Assembly (NCBI GenBank): GCA_964016885.1
Contig: OZ024748.1
Location: 12,710,001 to 12,774,000 of the forward strand
DNA from: Eledone cirrhosa
Taxonomy: Eukaryota
DNA: 64,000 nucleotides
Direction: 5' to 3'
In this document: positions 57,250 to 64,000 of the stretch, one piece after another
Numbering within the stretch: the first letter of the stretch is position 1
Layout: every line of letters starts with the position of its first letter
Translations under genes and position numbers: made by a program
Notes under the pieces: generated by a model
What the model was told of the DNA's origin: nothing
Seen by the model: only the letters and a program-made list of their open reading frames with translations
Databases searched by the model: none

Positions 57250-58540
57250 AGTCATCACCATCATCATCATAGCCATCACCAGACATTATTATTTGGCAGT
57301 ATCGGTAGAGGGTCGGACGCCATGCTTTGCAGCATAGAGTTACGGCCCTTGCCATTCTGAGTTCAAATCCCGCCGAAGTTAACTTTGCCTTTCATCCTTA
57401 CGGGGTCGATAAAATAAAGTACCAGTAATACACTGGGGTAATTGCTGGCCTTGTGCCAAAAGTAGAAGCAATTATCATTTTTATCACCAACACAACACTC
57501 ATCATCACCATCACCACCATCACCGCCATCATCACCATCATCACCACCATCATCACCACCACCACCATCATCACCACCATCATCACCATCATCACCATCA
57601 TCACCACCATCACCACCATCACCGCCATCATCACCATCATCACCACCATCATCACCACCACCACCATCATCACCACCATCATCACCATCATCACCATCAT
57701 CACCACCATCATCACCACCATCACCGCCATCATCACCATCATCACCACCATCACCACCACCACCACCATCATCACCACCATCATCACCATCACCGCCATC
57801 ATCACCACCATCATCACCACCATCACCACCACCACCACCATCATCACCACCACCATCACCACCATCACCACCATCACCGCCATCATCACCACCATCATCA
57901 CCATCACCATCACCACCACCATCATCATCAAGACAGTTACGTTCATCTTCATCATCACCACCATCATCAATAACCACACTACAATCCACCACTATCACCA
58001 CCACCACCACCACCACAACCACCATCATCGACACCTACATCATCATCATCTTCTTCATCATGCTCATTATCATCATCATCATCATCATCATTATCATCAC
58101 TACCTACACTTCAATCCACCACCATACATCCCTCCAGCATCAATAACACCTATCACCGCAACAGCTACCACCGTACACCACCACCACCACCACCACCACC
58201 ACCACCACCACCACCACCACCACCACCACCATCACATACACCACCACCACCACCACCACCACCGCATACACCACCACCACCACCACCACCACCACCACCA
58301 CCACCACATACACCACCACCACCTACACCCCCCACCACCACATACACCACCACCACCACCACCACCACCACCACCACCACATACACCACCACATACACCA
58401 CCACCATATACACCACCTACACCCCCAGCACCACATTCACCCCCACTACAACCACTATCATACACCCCCGCCAACATCATCATTTAACAACAACTACCAC
58501 CGCAACAACAACAACAACAACAACAATACCACCAACAAGT
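55520..58540. repeat. (CAA)n higher-order arrays, (CAT)n and (CAC)n tracts, with a SINE-A copy at 57292-57475 (+)
   Basis: Recurring ACATCGCTACAATAACAACTAC and AATGATACCACTACTA units. Confidence 0.9.
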
Positions 58541-59344
58541 AAAGTGTGGTTGGTGAAGAAGGAGAAAAAACCCCGAGTGTAAACAATTTTAAACTAAAAA
58601 AATAATCTTTCATATTTTAAATGAGAAGCAATTAGTTCCTACCCCAGCCCACACCTTCACCAGCCCATGACCCACACTCCCATATAGGATTCTCTAGTTT
58701 TAAATAATTCAGAGGTGGGCGTCGTGGCATGTGATTCTGTGATGTGCATGCCGTTTCTGAAAACAGAAATTTGTAATTTATCTTCTACTTCATCTTAGTA
58801 GGAAATGAATCTCTGAACAGCCTATGTGAGGGATGTGCAACATATACCATTGGAGGGCCACTTTTGAAGATTGGAACAACTATTAGGGCCAGTCACTGTC
58901 AAACATAAGTAGTCGTTTCGGTGACCTAGTGCTAGGTATGAGAGACGGTGAGAATCCTGAGCTGAGGTTCAATCTCTATCAGGTTCTACACTAAGGGTAT
59001 AGAACTATTATGTTTTAAAGGCGGTGCCCCAGCGTGGCCTCAGCCGGATGACTGGAACAGGAAAAAGAGTAAAGGAGTAATCTAATGAAAACCAAAATCT
59101 AATGAAAGCCACAACTTCTTTCCACTGGGAAATTATGACACACATAACCCTATTCAGTGATGCCCTTTAGTATAGCTCAACTAATAGAAAATTGTATTAC
59201 GGTTACGAAAAAAATTCTAAAGAAGCCTACCAGGTAAAAATTAAAAACGGTCACTGCGGGCCACTCTGACTGGTCTTGAGGGCCGGATTGTGGCCCATGG
59301 GCCGCCTGTTGCACGCCACTGGCCTATGCCTTTTAAAATAGACA

Positions 59345-59578
59345 GTTATAGAATTTGCCAAGACTGTTCTGCGGGGAACAGTATAAGGAGGAAGGAAGAG
59401 AGGCAGGCAGGAAAAGAGATAGGAGGAGAACATCCCGGAATGGAGCTGGCATGAACAGGTATGAAGCTGGGTGCACCCATGAGGAGGACAGAGAGGTGAG
59501 AGAAATGGAAGGAGTTGGTTGCCAGGTCATCTGTGGGGCCCCCAACGGTCCACCAGACTACGGCACAGATGAGAGAGA
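59345..59578 (+). mobile_element. decayed RTE-clade LINE 3' end
   Basis: AKTVLRGTV*GGRKRGRQEKR*EENIPEWS remnant. Confidence 0.6.
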
Positions 59579-59822
59579 ATTATATAACCAACAATTGTGC
59601 CACTTAACCACCGGGACTGTTCTAATCTTCAACCTTTTTTTAAAGTGATATTGTAAATATTAACTTTTGAAATCTTTATCGTCTTATCTACTTCATAGCT
59701 ACGTATGGATTTGACTAAATGTATTACATCGTTGGATACCGAGATCAGTTATTCTATCAGTTATCAAAGAGTAATTTCACTATTACCTATTACAACAAAT
59801 TATATAATATATATATATGTAT

Positions 59823-60048
59823 AGGGCGGTGACTTGACAGTATCGGTAGAGGGTTGGACGCCATACTTTGATGCATAGAGTTACGGCCCTTGCCATTCTG
59901 AGTTCAAATGCCTGTCAGAATTAGCCGTCGAAACGGCTTGAGCTCAGCCGTCGGGGTCTTACTCATTCCTATTACCCACTCTACTACCCTAAGTATTGAG
60001 TACTTTGGTGCGTTATGGTCCACCTGGTTCCTTACCACATTTCCTTCG

Positions 60049-60050
<2 letters not shown>
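59823..60050 (+). mobile_element. SINE-A head (59823-59908) fused to a family A arm (59915-60050)
   Basis: The SINE stops in the B box (GAGTTCAAAT) and continues as CAGAATTAGCCGTCGAAACGGC. Confidence 0.7.
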
Positions 60051-60116
<66 letters not shown>

Positions 60117-60300
60117 ATGTATATGTGTATATATATATATATGTATATCTGTATATTTCCATCTAATTTTTGTTTCAATTCTAACTATTTTAGGAAAGTA
60201 ATGTCCTAGATTTCATGTGGTGTTTATTAACGGGAAAAAGTGAGGATTGGTCCGTGACAGACACGTAATGAGGGACATAAAAGAAAGACAGATATCGAGA

Positions 60301-60398
<98 letters not shown>

Positions 60399-60654
60399 AT
60401 GACAGTGGTATGTATTAAAGGGGGAGAAAATGGAGGATCGGTCCGTGACTTGATACTTACTAGTCTATGTCTAATTGATGATTTCTACTGTATCCTGTTT
60501 TTTCTATGTATGTATGTATGTATGTATGTATGTATGTATGTATGTATGTATGTATGTATGTATGTATGTATGTATGTATGTATGTATGTATGTATGTGTG
60601 TGTGTCCGTGTATGCATGAGTGTACTAACATTCACACAGAAATATATATATATG

Positions 60655-60775
<121 letters not shown>

Positions 60776-60924
60776 GTGTGTGTGTATTTTGTTTTTCCCA
60801 CCTATTTTTCGGGTGTTGGCTCATGTTATATATACGTGAATTGTAAATATGAATGTACACACATACACACGAATATACATACATACATATACACATAAAT
60901 ACACACACGCACACACACATACAC

Positions 60925-61032
<108 letters not shown>

Positions 61033-61240
61033 GTATACTATGTATGTATGCGTGTACATATATATGTACTGCTCATGTATAGTACCTGTCAAAAATGACA
61101 GGGTTTAATAATTCCTAGATTACAAAACTATGTAAAGATGTTTGTATCCTTGATTTTACTTGACCTCCTCGTCTTCTGACTGCGTCAATAGAACAACATC
61201 TCCCTCTCTCTCTCTCTGTCTGTATATATATATATATATA

Positions 61241-61811
61241 TATTAAGACAGGGGGGAAGAAAAAATGGCTTCACTTGTGCTTTCAACAAATTTATTTTCT
61301 TCACAAAATCCACAAATAATTTTTCTTAAAAAAAATTATTTTATAAATTAAGTTGTTGGTTGTTGGTTAGGTCTTAGGAGTTCTTGGTTAACGTAGGAGG
61401 TATTGTTTCGTTTTTAGAAAGTGCATGGGTGTAGGTGTGTTGAAAAAGTGTTCATAGCAGTAATGAGTTGAGACGGTGAGTAGGGTTGGGTTCAACACAC
61501 CTACACCCATGCACTTATTAAAGGGGGAGAAAAGAAACCCCCACCACACCACAGACATGTTAAATCCCTATATATAGAACAACACACCACATACACATCA
61601 GTTTGACAAGCGCACCTCAGCGTGAAAGGTCTTTCTAAAAACGAAACAATACCTCCTACGTTAACCAAGAACTCCTAAGACCTAACCAACAACCAACAAC
61701 TTAATTTATAAAATAATTTTTTTTAAGAAAAATTCTTTTTGGATTTTGTGAAGAAAATAAATTTGTTGAAAGCTCAAGTGAAGCCATTTTTTCTTCCCCC
61801 CTGTCTTAATA
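61241..61811. repeat. ~180-bp inverted repeat with a nested 26-bp inverted repeat
   Basis: 61241-61421 is the reverse complement of ~61631-61811. Inner pair at ~61419-61444 and 61491-61516. Confidence 0.85.
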
Positions 61812-61842
61812 TACCTAACTGTACCAAGGATTACACACATTC

Positions 61843-61903
<61 letters not shown>

Positions 61904-62289
61904 TGCTATTAAGTTAGACATGGCCAATAATGGCCGAAACCTATCAATGTTATCAAAGTTATATATGTTGTCGCTGGTTGGATTCAATTCTATTGCCCCG
62001 AACGTAGAACTTTGGTGTCGATTGGACATTAACGAGGCAGAGTGAGATCGCATCTGTGGTACAAAACAGTTACTATCTTGACCGATTACCATCACAATTA
62101 CTACGAAGCGGTTCTTACACGTGACTGCTGGACCCGGATGAAACGAAGACGAAGAATTTCCTTGCGTACCGTTTTGTACCACAGATGCGATCTCACTCTG
62201 CCTCGTTAATGTTCAATCGACACCAAAGTTCTACGTTCGAGGCAATAGAATTGAATCCAACCACCGACAACATAGTTGGATGACCGATA

Positions 62290-62603
62290 ATCACACCAAA
62301 CCGGAGTACTGTGATCCTTGTGATTTCGAGATATACAACCACTGACACTGTTACGAAGACCAGAAAACCATACTCCATAATATCTAACCAAGTGATTGAT
62401 TTGTGCGACCAAAATAACACCACACATATATTGAACTAGGAATATTGGATCCCCCGTCAATGTCTGGCTGAGCAAAAATAGATTTCTATCTGCATTGGAA
62501 TTTACGAACTTGTGCATCTGCTGTGGTGTCAAAAACAAACGCACATAACCGCACAGATGAACAATGGACTATGCCACGTGGGTTGAACCTGCAAGTGAAT
62601 TGA
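62290..62603 (+). pseudogene. decayed Penelope-type GIY-YIG endonuclease
   Basis: Frameshifted remnants: CDPC, TRKPYSI..NQVI, YIELG, CLAEQ (cf. RLxEH), and EQWTMPRGLNLQVN* (cf. terminal PxGLN). Confidence 0.45.
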
Positions 62604-63297
62604 AGGATGTGTAACTCTGATATACAGATTATTTATTATTAAGATGTATAAAATTGACATAACTATTATCATCTTATATTCTCTCAACTAATCACATTTG
62701 ATTATATTTCCCTATTCCGTTTTCTCCCCCCATATTTATAATATTTTTATTTGAAAAAATCGGTTTTTTTACATTGTGTTTTTCCCTTTCTAATACTTGC
62801 TTATATTTCTTTATATATTCTCTATATATTTTTTTATATTTTTTTATATATATATTTTTTTATCTTTATTCTTATTTTCACTTTTATCCTCCTTTATATT
62901 TTACCTTATTCTTACTTTTATACCTTATTATAGTGTAATCTTCCCCATGCCTTATTATACATTATTAATTATAGATTATTATTATTACTCTTTTTCCATT
63001 TCTAATTACCTCATGTACTTTCTCCTCCGTTATATATATATTGTATGCCCTTTGTGTGTGTGTAGCCTCTGCACACCCTCTGCACCATACTATCGACGCC
63101 ACCCCATCTATGGTTCAACTAACCACTCGACTCCCGGAATGAATATGACCACAGCTAGTAAACAAGGACCCACACCCCACCCTCCCGCACCAAAATTAGA
63201 CTTATCGTCCCCTGCTTTTGCTCTTTACTCTTTTTACTCTTTGTTCTTGAATGTTTGGTTGGTAGAGTCCATAACACCAATCAAACCCCCTTTTATA

Positions 63298-63342
63298 GCT
63301 CTGACGAATCCTACGGTTACGTAAGGAAGAAACATTGTAAGC
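63298..63342 (+). ncRNA. type I hammerhead ribozyme motif
   Basis: GCU-CUGACGA-A.UCC.UACG.GUUA.CGUA.AGGA.A-GAAA-CA.U.UG-UA-AGC. AATAAA follows at 63344 and (TA)n follows shortly after. Confidence 0.75.
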
Positions 63343-63384
63343 CAATAAAAATCTTTTGATGTAGACGCTCTTGTGTTCTTTATC

Positions 63385-63545
<161 letters not shown>

Positions 63546-64000
63546 CATGCATATACATACATACATATATATATGCTATGTGTCAAAGGGGGAGAGGTTC
63601 CATGGACCATGACCTGTTGATTGTCATCAGTTTGCTCAGTTCTCTGAAAATGGCGCCTAACTGACGAGTATTTGGTTAAAACCTGGGCATAACACCCCCT
63701 CACCTTCCTTCTCTCTTTCTATCTTCCATGTTATTGTTATTGTTATGAAGTATTTATTTAGCGTTGTTGTTGTTGTAGTTGTTATATGGTACTTAGCGTT
63801 ATTTTTGTTGCTGTTGTTTTTTTAATGTGGTTATTGTTGTTGTTATTGTTGCTGTAAATTCTTGTTTTCCTTTGTTATGTTATTATGCCATGTCCTTTTA
63901 TTTATTTAGATGTTATTGTTGTTGTTGTTGGTTTTGTTGTTGTTGATGAATTGTTGTTGTTGTTGATGATGTTGTTGTTGGTTGTGATGTTGTTATAGGT

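Noticed and set aside
58829-59322. Possible hAT/Charlie-type MITE ends (GGGATGTGCAAC..GTTGCACGCCACTG)
   Set aside because: The TIR match is short and degenerate, and I could not identify an 8-bp TSD.

Overview
AT-rich eukaryotic DNA that is extremely dense in microsatellites. It looks intronic or intergenic. The dominant tRNA-derived SINE resembles SINEs I recall from octopod cephalopods (inference, not a database result). Almost every ORF in the supplied track is a translation of (TA)n, (CA)n, (TATG)n, (ATCT)n or trinucleotide repeats. Recognisable protein-coding sequence is limited to 3' fragments of non-LTR retrotransposons (R4/Dong-type RLE, RTE, Tx1/L1-like, CR1/L2-like, CRE-like) and a decayed Penelope-type GIY-YIG endonuclease, plus a few low-confidence host exons near the left end. 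The main signal is at least five unrelated short repeat families sitting in (TA)n tracts. Most copies are head-to-head fold-back pairs, and several families carry a type I hammerhead ribozyme motif: canonical CUGAUGA/CUGACGA cores, a compensatory U3-A8 core variant (UUGAAAA) and a CAGAAGA variant, with stem covariation between copies. These are best read as Penelope-like element termini. Other items: an RTE+SINE tail-out chimera inside one 13-bp target-site duplication, a Tx1-like family found only in (ATCT)n, three minisatellites (17, 41 and 50 bp), a 72-nt tRNA-like cloverleaf with a GAU anticodon, and a few motif-dense unique islands. All structures were folded by eye, and coordinates of repeat boundaries are approximate.
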